The position numbers were made by a program, and so were the translations under genes. Of a DNA stretch of 64,000 nt, positions 1-8,551 are shown piece by piece. Position 1 is the stretch's first letter. Each line of letters opens with the position of its first letter. This DNA comes from a virus, in IMG/VR virus record IMGVR_UViG_3300032285_003393, positions 1 to 64,000 of that record; one strand, written 5' to 3'. The notes under the pieces were generated by a model that had not been told where the DNA came from, did not search any database, and saw only the letters and a list, made by a program, of their open reading frames with translations.

Positions 1-184
1 GCATTTTCTACACTAGAAAAGGCTCAAGCCTTTATCGCCAACAACGAGCATATAGCGGACATGCTTAGTGTGATTAGTATCACAGTAGATGAAGTCTAAA
101 AACACCCCAATTTGTCAGTCCCCCATGCTATAATTCCATTATAAAGAAAATCAAGAAAGTTTCTTGATAAAGAAAGGACATAAA

Positions 185-346
185 ATGTCACTAGTAAAAA
201 ATATAGTAGATGAACTACTAGCCGAATTCTCATGGCTAGATATCTCAGACTTAACAGATGAGATGATAGAAAACGCTTTCTATTGTGAGATAGACGGGCA
301 TTGGTCTACAGAGATAGACGGCTCGCTATGGTGTAATTGCGATTAA
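185..346 (+). CDS. small acidic early protein, hypothetical
   Basis: ORF track 164..346; ATG at 185 follows GAAAGGA RBS and the promoter at 113. Confidence 0.7.
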   Translation: MSLVKNIVDELLAEFSWLDISDLTDEMIENAFYCEIDGHWSTEIDGSLWCNCD

Positions 347-443
347 AGTAATTACAATTAAAAATTAAATAAAAATCCTGTGAGCCTTAGAAATAAGCAA
401 ATAATCAGGTCAACAAAAACTAACAAAAAGAAAGGTCGTCAAA

Positions 444-536
444 ATGACACTTGAAGAATATAAAGAAATGGTAGAGGCTCAACGTAAAGCCAGCCTTGCC
501 ACCGCCCTATCCCTACTAACAAAAGAGGTTAAGTAA
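444..536 (+). CDS. 30-aa peptide MTLEEYKEMVEAQRKAS..., paralog of 2767..2886
   Basis: hand-translated; GAAAGG RBS; similar to MNLDEYKAYVTEQRKKS. Confidence 0.6.
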   Translation: MTLEEYKEMVEAQRKASLATALSLLTKEVK

Positions 537-731
537 ATGAAATTAGATTTTGAACAGACTTTTGAATTAAAGCAAATTTTTGATGAGGCACTAGACGAAT
601 CATGGGATAGTGTCACTATTGCGGGAATGACTTTTTTCCCGTCACAAATTCTACGAGAGTGCGACCCGATTGCTTATCGTGTTGCCTTAGCAGATTTTGA
701 ATCCGATTATTTAGAAAGTTTGGAGAATTAA
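537..731 (+). CDS. conserved small phage protein (SQILRECDPIAYRV motif), hypothetical
   Basis: ORF track; abuts upstream stop; acidic. Confidence 0.75.
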   Translation: MKLDFEQTFELKQIFDEALDESWDSVTIAGMTFFPSQILRECDPIAYRVALADFESDYLESLEN

Positions 732-735
732 ATAA

Positions 736-852
736 ATGGAAAAAACAATTCAAGAATTAGAAAATTTAATTATTTACTATGGTGGAGATCATAACGCAAT
801 AATAGCAATTAAACAATGTATTGAAATTATCAAAAAGAATAAAGGAGAATAA
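736..852 (+). CDS. 38-aa hypothetical peptide
   Basis: hand-translated; GGAG RBS. Confidence 0.5.
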   Translation: MEKTIQELENLIIYYGGDHNAIIAIKQCIEIIKKNKGE

Positions 853-856
853 ATAA

Positions 857-958
857 ATGGAAAAAGATATTTTTGGTTTTGCTGATGCAATTCAAATTGA
901 TAACTTAAGCGATGAACAAATAAATATTTTAGAAAAAATATTTGAAGATTTTGAATAG
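857..958 (+). CDS. 33-aa acidic peptide MEKDIFGFADAIQIDNLSDEQ...
   Basis: hand-translated; AAGGAG RBS. Confidence 0.55.
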   Translation: MEKDIFGFADAIQIDNLSDEQINILEKIFEDFE

Positions 959-1239
959 CTGAGATCGGTAAGTTTTTATGCATGAGAGTGCATAAAAATT
1001 TGCTGCGCCCCGCACTCGGGCGTGTCGCCTACGATGTGGGCTAAATCACAAAGCCCACGCTCCATATATTGAGACTACTGGCGAGTATACTAGACAGTAG
1101 CGATTTTGTGTGTTATAATTCCATTATAGAAAATTAAATAAGAAAAAAAAGTTAGTTAATCAACGGCGTGTCGCCTTGATTTTTGGCAGAAAGTCTGCTA
1201 AACTAACGATAGTTAAACAATAAAGAAAGGTGGTCTCAA

Positions 1240-1431
1240 ATGACTACACTAAATAAAACAAATATCGGTCTTGCTCTTGGAATTTCAGGAGCATTAGAAA
1301 ATCGTATTCTTCACGATTGGAATAATGGTGGTGCTAAATCCACTTACGGCTTATCCGTATGGCAACGAAAAGTGTTGCTAAAAGTTCTTATTAGTGAAAA
1401 TCCTAAGTGTGAATGTGTGGTGTGTTTATAA
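1240..1431 (+). CDS. hypothetical early protein
   Basis: ORF track; GAAAGGTGG RBS. Confidence 0.7.
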   Translation: MTTLNKTNIGLALGISGALENRILHDWNNGGAKSTYGLSVWQRKVLLKVLISENPKCECVVCL

Positions 1432-1637
1432 TGGCTACAATTAAAATTGGTGGATTAGGGCAAGAAATTTCTTGCTATTGCCCCGTGTGTTCCGTAAAAA
1501 TGTCCCATATGTGTATCGCTACACTAGGGACAGGAAAAACAATTCGCTATGAATGGCAATGTAATTCTTGCGAACTCTCTCTCAAATCAGATAGATTTGG
1601 AAATGCTAAATTGCTTAAAGAAATGGAAGTGCTATAA
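1431..1637 (+). CDS. small Zn-ribbon protein (CPVC...CNSC)
   Basis: ORF track 1413..1637; TAATG coupling gives start 1431. Confidence 0.65.
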   Translation: MATIKIGGLGQEISCYCPVCSVKMSHMCIATLGTGKTIRYEWQCNSCELSLKSDRFGNAKLLKEMEVL

Positions 1638-1831
1638 TGGCAACTATGACAGATAGATATATTCCCTCTTGGGAAAAAAAGTATGACCCTTGGGATTTAG
1701 AACCCGATACAACTTTAGATTTTGGCTATGATGAAGATGAAGAATCTGAAAATGCTAAAAATGAAGATGAACTATCTCTAGAAAATCTAGCAGATGAAGA
1801 ATTAGAATTAGAAGAGGATTTTGACCTATGA
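1637..1831 (+). CDS. highly acidic small protein
   Basis: ORF track; D/E-rich; TAATG coupling. Confidence 0.7.
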   Translation: MATMTDRYIPSWEKKYDPWDLEPDTTLDFGYDEDEESENAKNEDELSLENLADEELELEEDFDL

Positions 1832-2124
1832 CAATGAATAGACTAATAACATCACTAGTACAGTTAATGCTTTGGCTCCCGATTTTTTATTTTATAAAAT
1901 TAGAAATAAAAAGTAGAAAACAAAAAAACAAAAGCTAGATCGTGTAAAACAAAATGGTTGACATTTCAACTATTTTGCTGCGCCGTTGTCGGGCGTGTCG
2001 CCTACGATGTGGCTTGAATCACATGTGACTAATCTCACAAAGTCCGAAATGTCCGATTTGTTACCACCAATTTGTCAGACCCCCCTGCTATAATGGTGGC
2101 ATATCAAAAAGAAAGGACAATAAA

Positions 2125-2445
2125 ATGTCATTAGAAATTTTTAGAATAAATGAAAATGGTGCTGGTTGGGTATCATTAGAAAATGCTACAATAGCAGAAA
2201 AATTAGAATTAGAATTAGCATTGGCGTTTAATGCTGAGATGAAAGTCTTGTGCGTTACTTGCCATATTGAAATTCCTGCTGGAACAGGAAATGCTTGTGC
2301 TAAGCATAGTTCATATCGTGTTTGCCAAATTTGCGAATTGCCTCACGATGGTTTGTATTGCTCAAATTGTTTTACTGGTGAACGAGTGCGAGTCGGTGCT
2401 CGTAAGTTTGCTAAAGTAATTCGCTTACAAGAAATTATAAAATGA
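2125..2445 (+). CDS. Cys-rich hypothetical protein
   Basis: ORF track; RBS; downstream of promoter 2073. Confidence 0.75.
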   Translation: MSLEIFRINENGAGWVSLENATIAEKLELELALAFNAEMKVLCVTCHIEIPAGTGNACAKHSSYRVCQICELPHDGLYCSNCFTGERVRVGARKFAKVIRLQEIIK

Positions 2446-2459
2446 AAGGACTAACTAAA

Positions 2460-2576
2460 ATGGTTACTGAAAAAGTAAAACGAGTTCAAGAGTTGCGTCG
2501 TAGTAATGCAGCAACTGCAATTCCGTCAAAGAAAAAATATTCACGAAAAAGAAAATATAAAAATAAATTTGATTAG
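2460..2576 (+). CDS. 38-aa basic peptide (KKKYSRKRKYK)
   Basis: hand-translated; GAAAGGA RBS. Confidence 0.6.
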   Translation: MVTEKVKRVQELRRSNAATAIPSKKKYSRKRKYKNKFD

Positions 2577-2766
2577 CTTGCAGATCGCAAAAAAAACTGC
2601 GCCCCGTTCGGGCGTGTCGTACACAGGATTATCCACAGGGTTACGAATGTGAGATTAATCACAGCATTTGAGCGTCTCAAAATATGGAATTACTCGCTAG
2701 TAAGTAGAAAAATGTCAGTGGGTTATGTTATACTTACGGCATAACGAAAAAGAAAGAAGGTCTTAA

Positions 2767-2886
2767 ATGAACCTAGATGAATATAAGGCGTATGTTACCG
2801 AACAACGCAAAAAGTCAATGGCGGAAGCAATGTCAGTGCTATCTGCTACAATTACAGACAATAAAGAAAAGGAAGGTGCTAACTAA
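2767..2886 (+). CDS. 39-aa peptide, paralog of 444..536
   Basis: hand-translated; AGAAGG RBS; contains promoter 2831. Confidence 0.6.
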   Translation: MNLDEYKAYVTEQRKKSMAEAMSVLSATITDNKEKEGAN

Positions 2887-3095
2887 TGGCAACTAAATTA
2901 TACACAATAGAGGATTTACTAATTGGTAAAACCTATCGTTCTCGTTCCCGATTTTTTGAGGGTGAAATTATCTCCGCTGAAAAGCGTGAAGGCGTTTGGT
3001 ATGGCGATAATACCGAAGCCTATCTAATCGGAATAAACTACAAGGGTAGTATCCGCACTAAGTATGCGACTATCGCAGTTAAGGTTGGTGAGTAA
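2886..3095 (+). CDS. hypothetical early protein
   Basis: ORF track; TAATG coupling. Confidence 0.75.
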   Translation: MATKLYTIEDLLIGKTYRSRSRFFEGEIISAEKREGVWYGDNTEAYLIGINYKGSIRTKYATIAVKVGE

Positions 3096-3259
3096 TGAAT
3101 ACAGCAAATGAAATTGTAGAAATACAAGGCGTGTGGTGCGATTCCTGCGATAGTGCAGGTTTCGTAATGCTACACGAAAATGGTGATACACAAGTCCTTG
3201 CGTGTAATTGCGAGGATAAAGAAAATGAATATTTATTTTTTGGAAAGGAAAACAACTAA
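3095..3259 (+). CDS. 54-aa Zn-binding-like peptide (CDSC...CNC)
   Basis: hand-translated; TAATG coupling on both sides. Confidence 0.6.
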   Translation: MNTANEIVEIQGVWCDSCDSAGFVMLHENGDTQVLACNCEDKENEYLFFGKENN

Positions 3260-3417
3260 TGAAAAAAAATGTGTTGATTAGTTTTGTAACGGAAGCAGAT
3301 ACGGATTTAGAAGCCGTATTTAATCTTAATAAAATTCTGTATAAATTGTCAGATGAGGAATTATCTCAATTTAATGCGTTTGATGTAACTAATGTAGAGG
3401 GTGGGTATCTAGACTAA
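3259..3417 (+). CDS. 52-aa hypothetical protein
   Basis: hand-translated; TAATG coupling. Confidence 0.6.
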   Translation: MKKNVLISFVTEADTDLEAVFNLNKILYKLSDEELSQFNAFDVTNVEGGYLD

Positions 3418-3611
3418 TGATGACTCGCAAAGACTACGTTGAAGTAGCACGAATTCTAAATACTTATATGAAACTAAATAATGACAATGAATATCCTGCA
3501 CTGGTAGATGAATTTGAAGTTCATTTAGTAGAACCATTCATTGAAATGTTTGAAAAAGATAATCCAAATTTTAATGCAGATAAATTTTGGGAAGCGTGTT
3601 TTAGCGAATAA
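3417..3611 (+). CDS. conserved small phage protein (MTRKDY...DNPNF..DKF..AC)
   Basis: ORF track; recognisable phage family motif. Confidence 0.75.
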   Translation: MMTRKDYVEVARILNTYMKLNNDNEYPALVDEFEVHLVEPFIEMFEKDNPNFNADKFWEACFSE

Positions 3612-3775
3612 AAAAAAGATTTGCAGTTTGAAAAAGCTGCAAATTTTTGGCGCAGCGATGTGATCTAGATCATGTTACGAATGTGATATTAATCACCGAA
3701 AATAATCCCTAATTAACTTGATAATGTCAGCAGGATATGTTATACTTCCATTATTCACCAAACGAAAGGGTCAAT

Positions 3776-3961
3776 ATGTCCACTCAAACAACACACGAAA
3801 TTGCTTGCGATTTATATGAAATCTGCGGTAGTACAATTCTAGTAGAATCTGATGAATTAGATTTCTATGATGGTTATATGTGCCCAGAATGCTATGACCA
3901 ATCTGAGGACTATATCTGGGATGATTCTTTCCCTATGTCTCTAGAGTATGATGAAGGGTGA
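3776..3961 (+). CDS. acidic Cys-containing hypothetical protein
   Basis: ORF track 3737..3961; start after GAAAGGG RBS. Confidence 0.65.
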   Translation: MSTQTTHEIACDLYEICGSTILVESDELDFYDGYMCPECYDQSEDYIWDDSFPMSLEYDEG

Positions 3962-4102
3962 TATTTATCACACCCGCCCTGCGCCCCGTTCGGGCGTGTC
4001 GTTACGAATGTGAGATTTATCACTGGAAAATAGGGGCTTTTGGATTGAAAATGTCAGTGCAACCTGCTATAATTCCCATATCACCAAACGAAAGGACAAC
4101 TT

Positions 4103-4252
4103 ATGTCATGCAATATTTGCTATGCTAATCTCATGGGTCTATCTATGATTGATTCCAACCCGTCTACTATGTGCGATACCCATTATTTTGAGTGGGCTCA
4201 GGAAAAAATCTATAATGATTTAGATATGTCTACTGAGGATATGTACCTCTAG
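4103..4252 (+). CDS. 49-aa hypothetical peptide
   Basis: hand-translated; GAAAGGA RBS after promoter 4052. Confidence 0.55.
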   Translation: MSCNICYANLMGLSMIDSNPSTMCDTHYFEWAQEKIYNDLDMSTEDMYL

Positions 4253-4306
4253 TCTGTCAGTCCTATCTGCTATAATTACAACTCTCAACCCGAAAGAAGG
4301 AAAAAT

Positions 4307-4588
4307 ATGTCCGATATTGTAACCGCAATTAGAATTCAACAAGCAACTTCCGAAAGTCTACACGATGAAACAGTTATGGATACTGCTCGTGCCTTAATGC
4401 TAACATTAACAGGTAATGAAATGCCTAGCGATGAAGCAATTCACGCACTCTTTACTTATTCCGCATTACTTTCTGCTAATGTCGCAACTCGTATCACAAG
4501 TGTGTTGCTAACCGAAAGTCAATTTGATTCTATGTGTCAAGAAATTCAAGAATTTGATGATATGGAAAAGGGCGTGTTAGGTGACTAA
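4307..4588 (+). CDS. hypothetical protein
   Basis: ORF track; RBS; promoter 4255. Confidence 0.75.
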   Translation: MSDIVTAIRIQQATSESLHDETVMDTARALMLTLTGNEMPSDEAIHALFTYSALLSANVATRITSVLLTESQFDSMCQEIQEFDDMEKGVLGD

Positions 4589-5303
4589 ATTAAAACGCTC
4601 AAACGATAGAAAAGTGGCTAATGCCGTTTCGCCTAATGGTAAAACGGCTACCATTGCCAACACTTTCGGTCTGCCTGCAGGTAAAAATTATTCATGTCCT
4701 GGAGCCACTGCAACATGCGAAAGTGTGTGTTATGCAGGAAAACTAGAAAAATTATTCAAGGGTGTTAAGGCTAACCTCTTACACAATTGGGAATTACTTA
4801 AAGACGCAGACTATGAAACTATGGTTACACTACTTAATGAAATGATTATTGATTTCAAAAAGGATTGTGCTAAGAAAGACGCTCCATTGCTATTCCGCAT
4901 TCATTGGGACGGCGATTTCTTTAACGATACTTATTCATATGCATGGAAGCAAGTAATCATGGACAATTCCACCGTTCAATTTTGGGTTTATACTCGTGTT
5001 AAGTCTGCTGCATTAATGCTTAAGGATATCCCTAATCTTTCACTATATTATTCTACGGATGATGATAACGCAAATGTCGGGGCGGAATTAAAAACTCTTC
5101 ATGGAATACGCCTAGCATACCTAGGGAAGACATTCACCGCAACCGAAAGCAAGATGAAAGAATTAACTGGCAAGGTTGGTGCTAAGTGTCCTGAAAACAA
5201 TAAGCAAATTCCATTAATTTCACAAAACGGCTCCGCCTGCGTCTCGTGTGGTTTATGCGTGTACGGTAAAGCGGACATTAGATTTTCTGCGACTAAAAAA
5301 TAA
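4581..5303 (+). CDS. GP88-family (radical-SAM-like Fe-S) phage protein
   Basis: CPGAT..C..VCYA, FRIHWDGDF, WVYTR and C-terminal C..C..C motifs. Confidence 0.8.
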   Translation: MTKLKRSNDRKVANAVSPNGKTATIANTFGLPAGKNYSCPGATATCESVCYAGKLEKLFKGVKANLLHNWELLKDADYETMVTLLNEMIIDFKKDCAKKDAPLLFRIHWDGDFFNDTYSYAWKQVIMDNSTVQFWVYTRVKSAALMLKDIPNLSLYYSTDDDNANVGAELKTLHGIRLAYLGKTFTATESKMKELTGKVGAKCPENNKQIPLISQNGSACVSCGLCVYGKADIRFSATKK

Positions 5304-5313
5304 AGGGGATGAA

Positions 5314-5517
5314 ATGCGAAAGATAAAAAACGGAAATATATTTACTGTCATGATTGCGGACCTACTGGACGTGACTGATGATGTAGCCTTGCGTGTACAC
5401 AATTACATAGATGAAAACTATAATTGTGATTGGTCTGAAGCTGATGAAGAAGAAATTAAATTTTATGCATTCATGGCATATGAAGATTTAAACGAAGAAG
5501 TTAATTCAAGCTTTTAG
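5314..5517 (+). CDS. acidic hypothetical protein
   Basis: ORF track 5248..5517; start after AAGGGG. Confidence 0.6.
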   Translation: MRKIKNGNIFTVMIADLLDVTDDVALRVHNYIDENYNCDWSEADEEEIKFYAFMAYEDLNEEVNSSF

Positions 5518-5747
5518 TGTGCGGGTGAGAGAGCGGGCCCAGGATCTGCAAAGGTCCTGGGCCTGTATAAAATTTAATATGTGTGCATAAGTATGCAGGC
5601 TGCGCCCCGTTCGGGCGTGTCGTTTACGAATGTGACTAAAGTCACCGAACTTTTTGTCTTACGATATGGGATATACGGCGTGTCGGATTGAAAATGTCGG
5701 TGGGATTTGCTATAATTGCTCCATTCACCCAACGAAAGGAAAACTAA

Positions 5748-6245
5748 ATGGGACTAGATATGTATCTCCACGCTAAGAAATATGTGGAAAAAGTTAATTG
5801 GAAAAAGTTACAGGAGAATGATGAATTATCTTATGATTCTCCCGAAGCAGTTTATCCAAAGTTTAATGAGTTAATAACTCTTACTAATATGAATAATGTC
5901 GCAACAGATATTTATGGTGCGAGTATTGAAGTTACTTGTGCATATTGGCGTAAGGCTAATCAAATTCATAAATGGTTTGTAGATAATGTACAAAATGGAG
6001 AAGATGATTGTGATTCTTATTATGTATCGCAAGATAAACTAAAGGAATTGCTTACTACTTGCCGTCAAGCATTATTTACTAAAGACCCTAATTTAATCCC
6101 GCCATCGGCAGGTTTCTTTTTTGGGTCATATGATATTGACGAGTATTATTGGAACGATATCAAAAACACAATTAAGCAAATTGACCGAATTCTTAATTTG
6201 CCCGAATTGTCCCAATTATCCTTTTCATACCAAAGTTCTTGGTAA
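5748..6245 (+). CDS. conserved phage protein (MGLDMYL...YWRKANQIHKWF)
   Basis: ORF track; recognisable family motif; promoter 5695. Confidence 0.85.
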   Translation: MGLDMYLHAKKYVEKVNWKKLQENDELSYDSPEAVYPKFNELITLTNMNNVATDIYGASIEVTCAYWRKANQIHKWFVDNVQNGEDDCDSYYVSQDKLKELLTTCRQALFTKDPNLIPPSAGFFFGSYDIDEYYWNDIKNTIKQIDRILNLPELSQLSFSYQSSW

Positions 6246-6318
6246 GACCCCTGCAGGGGGGAATTTGTCAGACCCCCCTGCTATAATAGGACACTCAACA
6301 ACCCGAAAGGAAAAAACA

Positions 6319-6570
6319 ATGCACAACCTAGATACTAATGGATGGAATGAATTTCCATTCTCCGCACAGGGCTACAATTTTATTTCTAAAGTTGCCCCTA
6401 ACTCTCCGTTTATGTCACAAATTGCTCGCCTGCCTAAAGGAATTTTTGAGCAAATGAATAAGTCTGCAATTGCAGATTTAGTAGGTACAGGACTTACTCG
6501 TGATGAAGTGTTAAATAAACTTTCATTCATAAATGAAGGTGGCACTCACGCAGTAGTTGAATTAGCCTAG
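6319..6570 (+). CDS. hypothetical protein
   Basis: ORF track 6121..6570; start after promoter 6266 and GAAAGGA. Confidence 0.7.
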   Translation: MHNLDTNGWNEFPFSAQGYNFISKVAPNSPFMSQIARLPKGIFEQMNKSAIADLVGTGLTRDEVLNKLSFINEGGTHAVVELA

Positions 6571-6639
6571 CAAATAGGGTAGGGCTGATAAATGTCAGCC
6601 CTACCTGCTACAATTACTCTCCCGACCAAAGAAAGGCAA

Positions 6640-6855
6640 ATGCCAATGGAATACAATTATGTCCTAACTACTCACTATGACGGAAATTATTATTCTTCGC
6701 ATAGATTTACAGATGCACTAACAGCCGTTAATGCGTTTAACAAATGCGTAGATTGGGGAGATGCGAAAGAATACGCAACCTATAATCTACTAGAACCTAA
6801 TGGAAAAATGCACACACTTAATTTTTATAGAAATGGAGAAGTAAATGGGAAGTAA
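6640..6855 (+). CDS. hypothetical protein
   Basis: ORF track 6592..6855; start after promoter 6593 and GAAAGG. Confidence 0.7.
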   Translation: MPMEYNYVLTTHYDGNYYSSHRFTDALTAVNAFNKCVDWGDAKEYATYNLLEPNGKMHTLNFYRNGEVNGK

Positions 6856-7129
6856 TTTTGCAACAGAATTAGCGGATAACGATTTATTCCCTGATTTAAC
6901 TATGGAAGATGCTATTGCAATACACTTGCAAGGTAATCACTATCCACCCGTCCCCCGTTCAATGGTAAAGCCTTGCATGGAAGCAATACAAAACTACAAC
7001 GAAGGGTATCACAACGAACCCGTAGAATTGCCCGAAGGCGTATCATGGCGTGGAGATACTATTGCTCCATCGTGGGCAATTATTGAATCACACCACTTAG
7101 AAGCTTGGCTAGACCAAGACGAATTCTAA
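6845..7129 (+). CDS. conserved phage protein (HLQGNHYPPVP)
   Basis: ORF track; GGAG RBS. Confidence 0.8.
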   Translation: MGSNFATELADNDLFPDLTMEDAIAIHLQGNHYPPVPRSMVKPCMEAIQNYNEGYHNEPVELPEGVSWRGDTIAPSWAIIESHHLEAWLDQDEF

Positions 7130-7269
7130 GATCAAGATTAGCTAAGTGTGACGAAGGTCACACTTAGTTTATCTCAAATACTGAGATAGGGTTGGACAAA
7201 TGTCAGACCCAAATGCTATAATAAGACCCTAGTTAGCAAGTTGCTAATTATTTAATGAAAGGAAGCAAA

Positions 7270-7431
7270 ATGACCGCAAACGGAAAGACTTATCAAGTAG
7301 GGGATTTATTCACTACACAGAAGTCAAAGGTTACAGGAACTATCAAGGAGATTGTTCCGCAAGCATCTGGCTCGGTGCGTGTTAAACTTGAAGTTGATGG
7401 CGAAAATCGCTGGACTACTTTCAAGGCATAA
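7270..7431 (+). CDS. 53-aa small beta-barrel (SH3/KOW-like) protein, paralog of 8043..8210
   Basis: hand-translated TYQVGDLFTTQKSKVTGTI; GAAAGGA RBS. Confidence 0.7.
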   Translation: MTANGKTYQVGDLFTTQKSKVTGTIKEIVPQASGSVRVKLEVDGENRWTTFKA

Positions 7432-7524
7432 CTAAATAGTTATTCAGGGCGGGTCTGATAAATGTCAGACCCCCCTGCTATAATTACTCTCTCAAACAAA
7501 CCCAAACCCGAAAGAAGGAAATAA

Positions 7525-7941
7525 ATGTCAAGAGCAATTACAGTAAAGGTGGCAACACCAAAAGTAATCAAGGCTTTGGAAACAAAGTTGGAAACAATCA
7601 AGAAGTCTTATTCTGAGCAATCAGCAAATGAAGCAAAGTATCAAGAGGCTCGCACCGCTTGGGCAAAGGAAATTGGCAAGTGGGCTATGGAACACTTCTC
7701 AAAGGCTGAAAACATCAGAACAAATTATCGCAGTTGGAACAACACTCTCAATGTTGATTTTGACATCATCACTAAAGAAACTGACTTTCCTGTTGAGCCT
7801 GTAAAGGACTACGAGGAAATTGGTGGATACCAATACAAGGAAATAGTAGAGGAACTTACTAACGCCCTATCTATCCTTCGTATGACAGATGAGGAAACAG
7901 TAAATGCTTCTACAATGAAGCAGATTGCTAAGTATCTCTAA
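7525..7941 (+). CDS. hypothetical protein
   Basis: ORF track; promoter 7463 and RBS. Confidence 0.85.
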   Translation: MSRAITVKVATPKVIKALETKLETIKKSYSEQSANEAKYQEARTAWAKEIGKWAMEHFSKAENIRTNYRSWNNTLNVDFDIITKETDFPVEPVKDYEEIGGYQYKEIVEELTNALSILRMTDEETVNASTMKQIAKYL

Positions 7942-7983
7942 GTTTCCTACACGCCCCTAATGGTGGGGCATACAGGAATAAAT

Positions 7984-8010
7984 GACCTGAGCAAGTCTAT
8001 AAACTGCTCA
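7984..8010 (+). ncRNA. candidate H-type pseudoknot element, copy 1
   Basis: GAC-CTGAGCAA-GTC-TATAAAC-TGCTC. Confidence 0.5.
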
Positions 8011-8042
8011 CACACAAAACCCGAAAGAATAGGAAAATATAA

Positions 8043-8210
8043 ATGACACTAGGCGGATACACTTACCAAATCGGTGATTTATTCACAACAAGCAAGACAG
8101 GCGTTACAGGCAGAATTGAAAAGTTTGTGCCACAATCTAAAAATGTAACTCGTGTTATGTTGCGTTTGGCAAATAACCAAACACGATTTGCAATGGTAAA
8201 AACATACTAG
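8043..8210 (+). CDS. 55-aa small beta-barrel protein, paralog of 7270..7431
   Basis: hand-translated TYQIGDLFTTSKTGVTGRI; AGGA RBS. Confidence 0.7.
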   Translation: MTLGGYTYQIGDLFTTSKTGVTGRIEKFVPQSKNVTRVMLRLANNQTRFAMVKTY

Positions 8211-8259
8211 AATTGCAAGAACCAAAAAATTGGATTTAATCCAAAATCTTGGTAGCAAT

Positions 8260-8287
8260 AATCCTGAGCATGATTCAAAACTGCTCA
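8260..8287 (+). ncRNA. candidate H-type pseudoknot element, copy 2
   Basis: AATC-CTGAGCAT-GATT-CAAAAC-TGCTC. Confidence 0.5.
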
Positions 8288-8551
8288 AGCTTTAAATCCC
8301 CGCAAATGCGGGGCGCAGCCTGTGATCTAAATCACCTTACGAAGGGTTGACAAAGCCCCTGAGTTTACGATATACTGGAAGGCTATGGAGACCCTACTTA
8401 TCGTGCCAATTGTGATTTTACTCACACCACCTCTAACCCTGCTTGGGTTATACTTATTTATTAAAACTATCCGTCTCAAATAGTGGACGGACTGGACAAA
8501 TGTCAGTGCAATCTGTTATACTTAGCCTTAATCTAATAGAAAGAAGGAAAT

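Noticed and set aside
3347-3368. TGTCAG at 3347 (and at 13599) as extra promoter copies
   Set aside because: No TA-N3-T at the 10-nt spacing, so they were not counted.
1003-5646. Repeats as a CRISPR array
   Set aside because: Copies are 0.3-2.7 kb apart and separated by genes, not by 30-40 nt spacers. The Cas4-like gene at 41741 is a typical stand-alone phage nuclease.
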